Shown here piece after piece: positions 50,478 through 59,408 of a stretch of DNA of 64,000 nt; the stretch's first letter is position 1; every line of letters begins with the position of its first letter. The notes below the pieces were generated by a model. The model saw only the letters and a program-made list of their open reading frames with translations. It did not search any database and was not told the origin of the DNA. The position numbers were made by a program, and so were the translations under genes. Location of the stretch: positions 33,208 through 97,207 of the forward strand of contig CAZHDZ010000003.1 in the NCBI GenBank assembly GCA_964531275.1. Direction: 5' to 3'. Source of the stretch: an uncultured Gammaproteobacteria bacterium. Lineage in GTDB: Bacteria > Patescibacteriota > Microgenomatia > Levybacterales > GWA1-39-11.

Positions 50478-51374
50478 CTACATGCTTCGAAGGATCTTGA
50501 TTCGCTCCTCGGCGGGAGGATGTGTGGAGAATAATTTTAACAAAAAGGAAGACCCTTTTTTGGTATCTGTTTTGAATGGGTTTTCTATATATAAGTGTGC
50601 GGTTGCATTACTTGCTGATTTCAATTGATGCTTATCTAGAGCAATTTTCTCAAGAGCACGAGCCAATGCTTCGGGGTGTCTAGTGAGTAATGCCCCATCC
50701 GCGTCAGCTAAGAATTCACGTCTTCTTGATACAGCAAACTGTATCAGCATGGCAGCGATAGGTGCAAGTATAGCTGCGACAATTCCAAGTATCAAAAATA
50801 GGCCATTATTGCTGCTTCTATTATCATCTCTCCCTCCCCACAAAAGGTTTCTCATGAAAAAATCGGCCAGTATTGCAATTGATCCAGCAAGTATGCTTAC
50901 GACTCCCATAAGCCGTGTATCGTAATTTTTGACATGGGAAAGCTCGTGTCCGATCACACCTTCTAGCTCAGCTTCTGAAAGTATATCCAAAAGACCGGTA
51001 GTTGCAGCAACAACCGCATGCTTTGGGTCGCGACCTGTAGCAAAAGCATTCGGAGCAGGGTCGTTAATAACATAGACTTTTGGCTTTGGTAATCCCGAGG
51101 CAATACTTAAATTTTCTACTGAGTTATAGAGAACTCTGTGTTGGTCTCTTTTCGCTTCAACAGCTCCACTCATTGACAGTACGATCTTGTCTGAATAGTA
51201 ATAAGAAACAAATGACATTACACCTGAAATGATGAGCATAATTCCTACGAAGGACATTCCGTATCCAAGAGCACGTCCTAATAGAATTGATACACCCAGG
51301 AATAAGAGAATAAAAACACCCATCATAAGCAAGGTTTTTAGTTTGTTTGATGAAATTTGGCTGTAAATAGTCAT
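50478..51374 (-). CDS. htpX: M48 zinc metalloprotease HtpX
   Basis: PNAFATGR.P, HELSH, SRRREFLAD, FSTHPP. Confidence 0.95.
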   Translation of the reverse strand: MTIYSQISSNKLKTLLMMGVFILLFLGVSILLGRALGYGMSFVGIMLIISGVMSFVSYYYSDKIVLSMSGAVEAKRDQHRVLYNSVENLSIASGLPKPKVYVINDPAPNAFATGRDPKHAVVAATTGLLDILSEAELEGVIGHELSHVKNYDTRLMGVVSILAGSIAILADFFMRNLLWGGRDDNRSSNNGLFLILGIVAAILAPIAAMLIQFAVSRRREFLADADGALLTRHPEALARALEKIALDKHQLKSASNATAHLYIENPFKTDTKKGSSFLLKLFSTHPPAEERIKILRSM

Positions 51375-51446
51375 AGTTAAAAATTTATCTAAACAAAAAA
51401 TGTCTTCAATTTTCTCGCTGAGATTTTGTTATAAATTTTCACGATA

Positions 51447-52001
51447 TCAGAAATTTATTTTCGGAGTTTTCTTTTCTTCTTCATCTGCTTCGAAGAATTC
51501 ATAGGCTTTAAAGCCAAATTGTGAAGCAATAAGCGCAGCAGGAAATGTTTGGATCTTGGTGTTGTACGCAAGAACATTTGAATTATAGAATTGTCGTGAA
51601 TAACTTACCTTATCTTCTGTATCAGACAGTTCATCCTGAAGGTCTTTGAAGTTGTCGCTAGCTTTTAGATCGGGATAACTCTCAGCAACTGCAAACAATG
51701 ATTTAAGAGCTCCAGTAAGCATATTGTCGGCCTCTGCTTTTTCGTGTAAAGAGTCGGCTTTCATAAGCATACTTCGAGCTTTGGTCACATTTTCAAATAC
51801 TTCTTTTTCATGCTTGGCATAGCCCTTAACAGTCTCGAGAAGATTTGGGATTAGGTCGGCTCGTCTTTTAAGTTGAACATCAATTCCGCTGAGTGCTTCT
51901 TTTATTCTTTCACGAAGAGTAACTAGTGAATTATACGTAAGCCAAATATAGGCAATGAATGCTAGTACGACAAAAATTATTATTCCGATCCACATGTTCA
52001 T
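51447..52001 (-). CDS. lemA: LemA family protein
   Basis: [37 protein letters not shown]. Confidence 0.96.
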   Translation of the reverse strand: MNMWIGIIIFVVLAFIAYIWLTYNSLVTLRERIKEALSGIDVQLKRRADLIPNLLETVKGYAKHEKEVFENVTKARSMLMKADSLHEKAEADNMLTGALKSLFAVAESYPDLKASDNFKDLQDELSDTEDKVSYSRQFYNSNVLAYNTKIQTFPAALIASQFGFKAYEFFEADEEEKKTPKINF

Positions 52002-52042
52002 AGTAAGAATCAATTATGACATATTTCAGGTTTGATTTCAAA

Positions 52043-53812
52043 TTAGGAGTTAATCCACTCTTCAAGCTCTTTGTAATCCCATGTGTTGATGATATCTTCT
52101 TTTTCTGCCCATCCCCGTCTTGCTACGGCTACTCCATAAGGCATATTATCCATGTGAGACACTGCATGGCTATCGGTGTCTATAACAAATTTAACTCCAC
52201 AGGTTTTTGCTTCTCGTACAAGTGTGTCTGCAAGATCTAATCGTGTTGGCCAGGAATTAATTTCTAGGGCTTTGTTGTGCTCTTTCGCAAATGCAAATAG
52301 TTCTTTCCAATCAACTTCATAAGGATCTCTTTGGTTGATAAGTCGGCCGGAGGGGTGGGCAAAAATTTTTGCCTTTGGATGCGAGAGTCCACTTAAAATT
52401 CTCTTCATCATCTTGTCTCTTGGAGTTCTGAAGGAAGAGTGGATGCTCACTATTGCCATGTCCAGCAAATCTAAACATCTATCGCTTAGTGCTAATTTGC
52501 CATTAACAAGGATATCAACTTCAAGTAAATTAATTATTCGAATACTTTTAGTACTCTTTTTAAGTTGTTCTATTTTTTTGTTCCTTTTCAAAAGTATAGA
52601 GTAAATTTCTTCCTCAGTATGATTTCCAACGCTAGGATTATGCTCTGAAAAACCGAAATATTTGTAGCCTAGTTTCTCAGCTTTCTTTAGCATGTCTTCC
52701 ATCGTATCTTGACCTAGATCGTGACTTGGTTCTATTGGATAATTTGAGTGAATATGAAAGTCACCTTTTATATCTTCTAGAGTAACGAGTTTCGGTAGTT
52801 TGTTGTTGAGTGCGGCTTCAATTTCTCCCTGGTTTTCACGTATTTCTGGGGGGATCCAAGAAAGACCCAGGAATTTATAGAACTCCTTTTCATCTTCAAA
52901 GGTTTTGAGTGTTCCGTCTTTTAGCTTGATGCCTTTTTCCGAAAGCGAATACCCTTTTTTGAGGGCAAACTCTCGTAGTGCGACATTATGCTCTTTACTA
53001 CCAGAAAAATGTTGTAGAAGTGACCCCAACATATTAGGCTTGAGTACCATAAGATCAACCTGCTTATTTCCAGACAGTATTATTGAAGAAGTGATTTCTC
53101 CTCTTTCAATTATTCTGTCTTTATACGGATAGTTATTGAAATGATCTAATACTGCGTCTGGGTTGTTAGAGCTTACTGCTATGTCTACGTCTCCTATGGT
53201 TGACTTCATTCGCCTGAGGCTACCAAGAGTAAAAGCTTGTAGGACATTTTTATCCTTTTTTAGATAGGCAAGCATTGTGACGGATATTTCTGATGCCACT
53301 GCAAGAACCATTCTTGAGGATTTAGTTTTGCCGAGTCTATACTCATCTATAGCACGCTTAATATCACTCTGAGATTTCTCTCCAAACCCTTCAAGTGCGG
53401 ATATTTTATTCTCTATTGCCAGCTTATACACGTCTTCAATAGCACTTCCGGGATCCGTTAACTTAAAATTCTCAACAAGCTTAAAAGCTTTTTTGGGTCC
53501 AAAGGTGGGAATATCTAGCAGGGGAAATATTGCCGGTGAAACGTTTTTAAGGACAGTATCGAAGTGCTCAACTTCTCCAGTATTAAAAAGCTCAAGAATA
53601 TGATTTCTAATACTTGGTCCTACCCCTGAAAGTTTGTCCAGGGAATTATCTGTAAGGAGGTCCTTTACTTCTGTGACGCTTGACTCAATCGAATCTGCAG
53701 CTTTTTGATAGGCAAGGATTTGAAATTTATATTTTCCTTCGTTTTGGATAGTGTATGCTGCAGCAACTTGTCTTAAAAGCCGAGAAATTTGTTCATTTGT
53801 GAACGAGTGCAT
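52043..53812 (-). CDS. polX: DNA polymerase X with PHP domain
   Basis: HhH GVGP, GSLRR...GDVD, VDL, FSGSKEHN, IPPEIRE, DFHIHS, DSH. Start moved to MHSFTN at 53812. Confidence 0.95.
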   Translation of the reverse strand: MHSFTNEQISRLLRQVAAAYTIQNEGKYKFQILAYQKAADSIESSVTEVKDLLTDNSLDKLSGVGPSIRNHILELFNTGEVEHFDTVLKNVSPAIFPLLDIPTFGPKKAFKLVENFKLTDPGSAIEDVYKLAIENKISALEGFGEKSQSDIKRAIDEYRLGKTKSSRMVLAVASEISVTMLAYLKKDKNVLQAFTLGSLRRMKSTIGDVDIAVSSNNPDAVLDHFNNYPYKDRIIERGEITSSIILSGNKQVDLMVLKPNMLGSLLQHFSGSKEHNVALREFALKKGYSLSEKGIKLKDGTLKTFEDEKEFYKFLGLSWIPPEIRENQGEIEAALNNKLPKLVTLEDIKGDFHIHSNYPIEPSHDLGQDTMEDMLKKAEKLGYKYFGFSEHNPSVGNHTEEEIYSILLKRNKKIEQLKKSTKSIRIINLLEVDILVNGKLALSDRCLDLLDMAIVSIHSSFRTPRDKMMKRILSGLSHPKAKIFAHPSGRLINQRDPYEVDWKELFAFAKEHNKALEINSWPTRLDLADTLVREAKTCGVKFVIDTDSHAVSHMDNMPYGVAVARRGWAEKEDIINTWDYKELEEWINS

Positions 53813-53872
53813 ATACCAAATAGTACCATAAATCGACCGTTTTGGAAGTCCAAATTGCTCTGTTTGAGGCCA

Positions 53873-53901
53873 TTGACGTATAGGAGCTGAGTTGATAGAA
53901 T
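53873..53901 (+). promoter_or_regulatory. Sigma70-type promoter upstream of the tRNA-Asp leader
   Basis: TTGACG-17 nt-TAGAAT with TG extension. Confidence 0.65.
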
Positions 53902-53926
53902 AATCAGACCAAAACTGAAGAAAGGT

Positions 53927-54021
53927 TGGGGGTGATCCATTTACAGCGCTTCGCGTTGGGATGGTAGTCGAAGTCCAATAAAGACTTCTCCTCCACCCCA
54001 AAAACACAGTTTTTGGGGTGG
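53927..54021 (+). other. Structured leader / candidate ncRNA upstream of tRNA-Asp
   Basis: Nested stems GGGGTG/CACCCC, CCAT/ATGG around CAGCGC-TTC-GCGTTG, and GAAGTC/GACTTC. An alternative 13-bp hairpin (53993-54021) overlaps the tRNA 5' end. Confidence 0.45.
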
Positions 54022-54088
54022 TAGCTCAGTTGATTAGAGCGCTTCCCTGTCACGGAAGAGGTCGCGGGTTTGAGTCCCGTTCACCCCG
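54015..54088 (+). tRNA. tRNA-Asp(GTC)
   Basis: Cloverleaf: acceptor GGGGTGG/TCACCCC, anticodon arm CTTCC-CTGTCAC-GGAAG, T arm GCGGG-TTTGAGT-CCCGT; CCA not encoded. Confidence 0.95.
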
Positions 54089-54187
54089 CAAATACAATAA
54101 CTTGTAAAGCTCGTCTAATAAAACGATCTACAGGAAAAATAACAATCTGCTCAGTCTGCTCACATCTTCTGCCTGGAAAGGAGTTTT

Positions 54188-54880
54188 ATGCCAAAAAAAT
54201 CTACAAAACAAGAAGAAAATGCTTTTGACATTCAAAAGCTGATGCAAAATTCGGATTCATACAAAAGTCTGATATACGGAATCGTAACCGTCGTTGTGCT
54301 TTTTATCGTAATTGCGCTTGGAGTAAGAACCTTGTCTCAAAATAGAGCAGAGGTTGATAACCAAGCAGCGATGACAGATGAAGCAAAAGACGTTCTTACA
54401 AGTTCTTACACAGTGCAAGAAGGGGAAACTCTTTGGAGCATTGCTGAAAAATCATACGGTGATGGATACGCTTGGGTTGAAATAGCTAAGGCAAACAAAA
54501 TATCCGAAGCTGACTCAATCGAGAAGGGCCAAAAACTTATCATTCCAAAAATTACACCAACAAAAGTAGAAGTTGCAATGGTATCGCCAACTACAGTTCC
54601 AACTGAAGTTGTTAAGCCAACTGCACCATCTACCCCTACGCCTGTTGTTACAAAAGCACCACAAGCTATGGATAATGGTGCACAAAAGGGTATGGAGGAC
54701 GCTAATGTAATGCAAAAAATTACAGCCAATACATACACTGTTGTTGCTGGTGACAATCTTTGGACTATTGCTGTTAGAGCATATGGAGACGGATACAAAT
54801 GGGTAGATATTGCCAAGAATAACAATCTTGATAATCCTAACCTTATTTTCTCCGGAAATGTCCTTAAGCTTTCTCGTTAA
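54188..54880 (+). CDS. Membrane-anchored protein with two LysM domains and a Pro/Thr linker
   Basis: TM, then YTVQEGETLWSIAEK.YGDG..W.EIAKAN and YTVVAGDNLWTIA.RAYGDG..W.DIA; SD GAAAGGAG upstream. Confidence 0.92.
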   Translation: MPKKSTKQEENAFDIQKLMQNSDSYKSLIYGIVTVVVLFIVIALGVRTLSQNRAEVDNQAAMTDEAKDVLTSSYTVQEGETLWSIAEKSYGDGYAWVEIAKANKISEADSIEKGQKLIIPKITPTKVEVAMVSPTTVPTEVVKPTAPSTPTPVVTKAPQAMDNGAQKGMEDANVMQKITANTYTVVAGDNLWTIAVRAYGDGYKWVDIAKNNNLDNPNLIFSGNVLKLSR

Positions 54881-55056
54881 CCTTGGCTGCGCTAAGCTAA
54901 TCTTGGCTTCGCTAAGCTAATCTTGGCTTCGCTAAGCTAATCTTGGCTGCGCTAAGCTAATCTTGGCTGCGTTAAGCTAATCTTGGCTGCGCTAAGAAAA
55001 TCTTGGCTTCGCTAAGAAAATCTTGGCTTCGCTAAGAAAATCTTGGCTTCGCTAAG
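54881..55056. repeat. Tandem hairpin-repeat array 3 (nine 20-bp units, last one partial)
   Basis: (T/C)CTTGGCT(G/T)CGCTAAG(CTAA/AAAA). This is the reverse complement of the core in arrays 1 and 2, and it starts at the base after the LysM stop. Confidence 0.97.
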
Positions 55057-55204
55057 GTAGCTCGGTAATAGGTTGTTCGCTGCAAGGAGCGCAACGCTAC
55101 TTAATCGTGGTGGTGTATACTATTGGAGTCATTGAGACGGCGAGAAGTAAAGTTTTTCGAATATCTATTTTGCTGTGCAAATTAGATTAAGTTCAGTGAA
55201 CGCT

Positions 55205-55223
55205 CGTTAAGCTTCGCTTAACG
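55205..55223. other. Perfect hairpin in the tRNA-Gly leader
   Basis: CGTTAAGC-TTC-GCTTAACG (GC-GAA-GC on the minus strand). Confidence 0.7.
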
Positions 55224-55235
55224 TGAGATGCTTCC

Positions 55236-55306
55236 GCGGGGTTCGTATACCGGTAGTATACTACCTTCCCAAGGTAGGGAAGCCAGTTCGATTCTGGTAC
55301 CCCGCT
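55236..55306 (+). tRNA. tRNA-Gly(CCC)
   Basis: Acceptor GCGGGGT/ACCCCGC, anticodon arm CTACC-TTCCCAA-GGTAG, T arm GCCAG-TTCGATT-CTGGT, discriminator T. Confidence 0.95.
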
Positions 55307-55316
55307 CACGTATAGT

Positions 55317-55637
55317 ATGAAGAGCCATATAGTAGAAACTCTGACTGGTCTTGGCATATGCTTATTGGGATTTGTCCTCGGATTTTTAAATCTCGTGGAT
55401 ATTACTAATGCATCACTTTTTTCCTCACTTATAGCGCTTTGTCTTATTATCGTAGGAACAATAGTTCTTTTCAAAGCAGGGAGACGAGATAGACACGCCG
55501 TAAAATTACCTCCTGTAAGTTATGACAGAAACGAAAAATCTTTGGTGGACAAGCATAATGAATTTGCGCATCACTACGCTAAGACATCTCAAATGAGAGA
55601 TAAATTAAAAGTTATTAAACACTCAGGACACGATTAA
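55317..55637 (+). CDS. Small 2-TM hypothetical protein (paralog A)
   Basis: Two hydrophobic segments, VLFKAGR, SLVDKHNE...RDKLK. Confidence 0.7.
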   Translation: MKSHIVETLTGLGICLLGFVLGFLNLVDITNASLFSSLIALCLIIVGTIVLFKAGRRDRHAVKLPPVSYDRNEKSLVDKHNEFAHHYAKTSQMRDKLKVIKHSGHD

Positions 55638-55673
55638 TTGCAATAATATTTCCAATTTACTATTCTTGTATGT

Positions 55674-56024
55674 ATGAAGAAAATACTTCTTGGTAGCTTA
55701 ATTGGCCTTCTATTATTGGGAGGAGGGTTTGTTAGTGTTTATTTGGGAATGCAGGGAATTTCTGAAGGAGGTTCACCGATACTCCTAGTTGTCGGACTTA
55801 TTTCATTTTGCGGCGGTCTGGGGGTGTTATATAAGGCTGGAAGAATTGATGCATTTAAATCGAAGTTTGCCGAAACTCCAGCTGTCGCTACGCCTGAAGG
55901 TGAAAGTGTTTTGGAAAAGCACAATAAAATCATATCTGAATGGAATGAGACAAATAATAAAAGAGATAAGCTTAAGATGCTCGAAGCAGCCGGTGCTGCA
56001 GACGAAGGAAAGACATTAAGCTAG
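55674..56024 (+). CDS. Small 2-TM hypothetical protein (paralog B)
   Basis: Two hydrophobic segments, VLYKAGR, SVLEKHNK...RDKLK. Confidence 0.7.
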   Translation: MKKILLGSLIGLLLLGGGFVSVYLGMQGISEGGSPILLVVGLISFCGGLGVLYKAGRIDAFKSKFAETPAVATPEGESVLEKHNKIISEWNETNNKRDKLKMLEAAGAADEGKTLS

Positions 56025-56070
56025 GATTGTGGTAACTTATTAGGTTAGGATTGAGTTTTTAAACCTGTTA

Positions 56071-57594
56071 ATGAATTTATCTAGAATAAAGAGCTTTGCA
56101 TTAGATCATTGGGAAGCCATCCTACTGGTATCTCTTATTGTCATCTCCTTAGTGCTGCGATTTTACAATTTTCCCTTTCGCTATGGTTTGGGGGATGAGC
56201 CGGTTAGGGATGCAGCTGTTGCTATTGAAAGCGTTAGGCAAGTGCAAATTCCACTAACGGGTCCTTTTTCTTCAGCCGGTCAATTTACCTTTGGTCCATG
56301 GTATTATTATCAGCTAATTATGGCGCGGGCACTATTGCCTATCGCATATAGTCCATGGATATTTCTAACCTTCGCGTCGGTTGTTTGTATTTTTCTTCTG
56401 TATAAAATTGGAAATTTTTTCGGAAAAGGACTTGGTCTGCTTCTCGCCTTTTTAGGTGCTATATCTCCATCTCTTATTCTTTCGGGAACTCATTTAACAA
56501 ATCCTAATCTCTCAAATTTGTTTGCATTTTTATCTGTGTACCTATTTCTGAGATTAATAAAAAAGGACAAGTCGTTAAAGACCAGTATTGCATTCGGTCT
56601 TTCGTTGGGAATTGCAATTAATATACATTACCAAATGATGGGGCTATTAATACTTCCTGTTCTTTTTGCTCTGCTCAATTATAAAAAATATAAGCAAATT
56701 CTTTTAATTGGCTTTGGACTTTTTATTGCTTTTATTCCACTTCTAATTTTTGATTTACTTAATCACTGGTTCAATTTCAGTCATATTTTTTATTACTACA
56801 CAGAGGGAAAGAATTTAATTTATGTACCAAATAGATGGTTATTTTACGTACGAGACTTTTGGCCATCATACATAGAGGAAGTAACGGGTTTTCCACCGCT
56901 TGCAGGAATTATTGGAGCGCTACTGTTTATTGCTGTTACTGCGCTCTCTATATATCAGCGTAAAATTACAAAGCCAATGGTTCTTCTGCTTGTGGCATTT
57001 GCGGTAAATTTCTTGCTACTTAGATATTATTGGGGTGAAAGATTTTTTGGGTATTTGAATTATATTCGTCCATTCGTGATACTTTTTGAGGGGTATTTGC
57101 TATATGCACTTGTCCAATTTATTCCAGCAAGAAAGATAAAGGTACTCGTTTTTTCAGGAATTGTTGTTGTAATACTTGCTATCAATGCTCCAAAAGTTGG
57201 TCAGCTTTTTGAAAAAGACAAGTTTTCAATATCTGTACACGAAGCGAAACAGGAACTATACAGTAATTACCCAAATGAAAAATTTGATCTCTATATTTGT
57301 CCAGGGCCAGGAAATACTTATTATTCATCACGATCTCATTCTTTAGTTTTTCTTCTAGATGATGAAAAGATGCTATCTGAAAAAGGGAAGCCGGTTGCGT
57401 ACTTTAATAGTGACTGTTATCCAACAGGAATAGATAATGTAGAAGAGGCAAATTTTGTTAGAATAAAAAATACCGATTTGGTCGATCTTTCTTACCACAC
57501 AACAGCATCTATAAGCGCTATGAAGTGGCAAAGACATTCGTTAAGGCTCATTAGTGATACAACGACAAGATGGTGGTTTAATGAACAACCATAG
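56071..57594 (+). CDS. ArnT/PMT-like GT-C glycosyltransferase
   Basis: LRFY...GDEPVRDA, PLTGP.SS....FGPWYYY, P.LIFD..H.F.N. Confidence 0.8.
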   Translation: MNLSRIKSFALDHWEAILLVSLIVISLVLRFYNFPFRYGLGDEPVRDAAVAIESVRQVQIPLTGPFSSAGQFTFGPWYYYQLIMARALLPIAYSPWIFLTFASVVCIFLLYKIGNFFGKGLGLLLAFLGAISPSLILSGTHLTNPNLSNLFAFLSVYLFLRLIKKDKSLKTSIAFGLSLGIAINIHYQMMGLLILPVLFALLNYKKYKQILLIGFGLFIAFIPLLIFDLLNHWFNFSHIFYYYTEGKNLIYVPNRWLFYVRDFWPSYIEEVTGFPPLAGIIGALLFIAVTALSIYQRKITKPMVLLLVAFAVNFLLLRYYWGERFFGYLNYIRPFVILFEGYLLYALVQFIPARKIKVLVFSGIVVVILAINAPKVGQLFEKDKFSISVHEAKQELYSNYPNEKFDLYICPGPGNTYYSSRSHSLVFLLDDEKMLSEKGKPVAYFNSDCYPTGIDNVEEANFVRIKNTDLVDLSYHTTASISAMKWQRHSLRLISDTTTRWWFNEQP

Positions 57595-57625
57595 ACGCTA
57601 GTATAGGATGCAATCAAATTCCTCG

Positions 57626-57654
57626 TTGACACGATTTGGCCTATTTGATAATAT
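57626..57654 (+). promoter_or_regulatory. Sigma70-type promoter of pyrG
   Basis: TTGACA-17 nt-TAATAT with TG extension, 5 nt before the GTG. Confidence 0.6.
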
Positions 57655-57659
57655 AAATC

Positions 57660-59324
57660 GTGCCGCTCAAGAAATTAAATACTAAATACATTTTCGTGTC
57701 TGGAGGAGTAATCTCCGGAATCGGAAAAGGACTCACTGCCTCATCGATATCTTTTCTTCTCAAATCAGCAGGATACAAAGTAGCTCCAATTAAATTCGAG
57801 AATTATCTTAATCTTGATGCCGGAACAATAAATCCAATAGAGCATGGTGATCCATTTCTTTGCGAAGATGGAACCGAAGCGGATATGGATATAGGTTCTT
57901 ACGAAAAATTCCTCTCAGAGGATATGGGTAAAGAAAATTTCGTAACAATGGGTCGTATTTACCAAACAGTTATTGATCGAGAAAGAAGGTTTGAATATAA
58001 CGGGGAAGACGTAGAAGCAATCCCGCATATTACAGATGAAATCATATCTCGGATTAAGCATGTTGCTAAGGTTAAAGACGCAGATATCGTTGTTATAGAG
58101 CTTGGCGGAACTGCAGGAGAATATCAGAATCTCTTTTACTATGAAGCTTCACGCATCCTTACCTTAAAAAATCCTGGTGATGTTATTCATGTGCATGTGA
58201 GTTATGTACCAACACCCTCCCATCTTGGAGAGCCTAAGACGAAACCAACACAGCTTTCGGTAAGAACTCTCAATTCTATGGGAATTCAGCCAGACTTCAT
58301 AATTGCACGTTCTGCAAGATATTTAGATCAAAGAAGAAGAGATCGTTTTGCGCTTTTCTGCAACATGCATCCTGAGGATATTATTTCAAATCCAGATGTT
58401 GATAGTGTGTATGAAATTCCATTGGTTTTGACTAAGCAGGGTCTTGAAAAGCGTATCTTTATGAAGCTTGGACTTCCTCAGAAAACACCGGCTCTTGCTT
58501 CTTGGGAAAAGTTAGTTGAGAAAATAAAATCTAAGAAAAGCAAGACGGTTGAAATCGCTATTGTCGGCAAATATTTTGGCACTGGAGAATATCAGTTGAG
58601 GGATTCATACGCTGCATTGCTGGATGCTATAGAGCATGCTTCGTGGAGCGCTGATGTGGAGGTTGTTACTCGATGGGTTAATGCAGAAAAAGTTGAGAAA
58701 GAAGGAGCTGAGGCAGTTATCGGAAAGCCAGATGGGATCATTGTTCCAATTGGATGGGGCGAGCGCGGCTCAGAAGGGATGATAAAAGCAGTAGAGTATT
58801 CTCTTGATAAAAAAATACCTTATCTTGGACTTTGCTACGGTATGCAACTTGCTGTTGTTGGATTTGCTCGTCATGTTCTGGGATGGAGAGATGCCAATAC
58901 AACTGAGAATGACCAAAAAACAAAACACCCAGTTATTCATATGATAGAAAATCAAAAAGAGCTTATGGAACGAAGAGCCTACGGAGGAACGATGAGATTG
59001 GGAGCATGGGACGCTTTGGTAAAAGAAGGTACAAGAGCATATGATATTTACGGAAAAGCAGGCCAATTCATAAAAGGAAAGAAGGGTTTGACTTCCGAAA
59101 GACATAGGCATCGTTACGAATTCAATAATGCATTCGCTAAAGAAATCGAAGAAAAGGGCCTTATTATATCTGCAAGATCAGTTGTCGAGAATTTAGTTGA
59201 AATTATTGAGCTTCCTAAGAGTGACCATCCATTCTTCATGGGTACCCAGGGTCACCCAGAATATAAGAGTAGACCTCAGAGTCCACATCCGCTGTTTGTA
59301 GAGTTCCTCAAAGCAACTAAGTAA
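57660..59324 (+). CDS. pyrG: CTP synthase
   Basis: KYIFVSGGVISGIGKG, KTKPTQ, GLCYGMQ, ERHRHRYE, HPEYKSRP. Confidence 0.98.
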   Translation: MPLKKLNTKYIFVSGGVISGIGKGLTASSISFLLKSAGYKVAPIKFENYLNLDAGTINPIEHGDPFLCEDGTEADMDIGSYEKFLSEDMGKENFVTMGRIYQTVIDRERRFEYNGEDVEAIPHITDEIISRIKHVAKVKDADIVVIELGGTAGEYQNLFYYEASRILTLKNPGDVIHVHVSYVPTPSHLGEPKTKPTQLSVRTLNSMGIQPDFIIARSARYLDQRRRDRFALFCNMHPEDIISNPDVDSVYEIPLVLTKQGLEKRIFMKLGLPQKTPALASWEKLVEKIKSKKSKTVEIAIVGKYFGTGEYQLRDSYAALLDAIEHASWSADVEVVTRWVNAEKVEKEGAEAVIGKPDGIIVPIGWGERGSEGMIKAVEYSLDKKIPYLGLCYGMQLAVVGFARHVLGWRDANTTENDQKTKHPVIHMIENQKELMERRAYGGTMRLGAWDALVKEGTRAYDIYGKAGQFIKGKKGLTSERHRHRYEFNNAFAKEIEEKGLIISARSVVENLVEIIELPKSDHPFFMGTQGHPEYKSRPQSPHPLFVEFLKATK

Positions 59325-59408
59325 CTTTTTCGCACGAAAAAGAATTATTAAATTAAATTCGGGAAATTAAAAAAATCGGGTTTTTAGTGTGAAAAAGCAG
59401 CAAGCTTG

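Noticed and set aside
53915-53975. Possible hammerhead ribozyme (CTGAAGA)
   Set aside because: No correctly placed stem II, GAAA or cleavage triplet could be built.
53813-54007. 65-aa N-terminal extension of PolX in the ORF track
   Set aside because: It overlaps the divergent tRNA promoter and leader. PolX homology begins at MHSFTNEQI, which is preceded by an extended -10.
55236-57594. Integrated element at tRNA-Gly or tRNA-Asp
   Set aside because: No integrase, transposase or phage gene, and no duplicated tRNA 3' end was seen.
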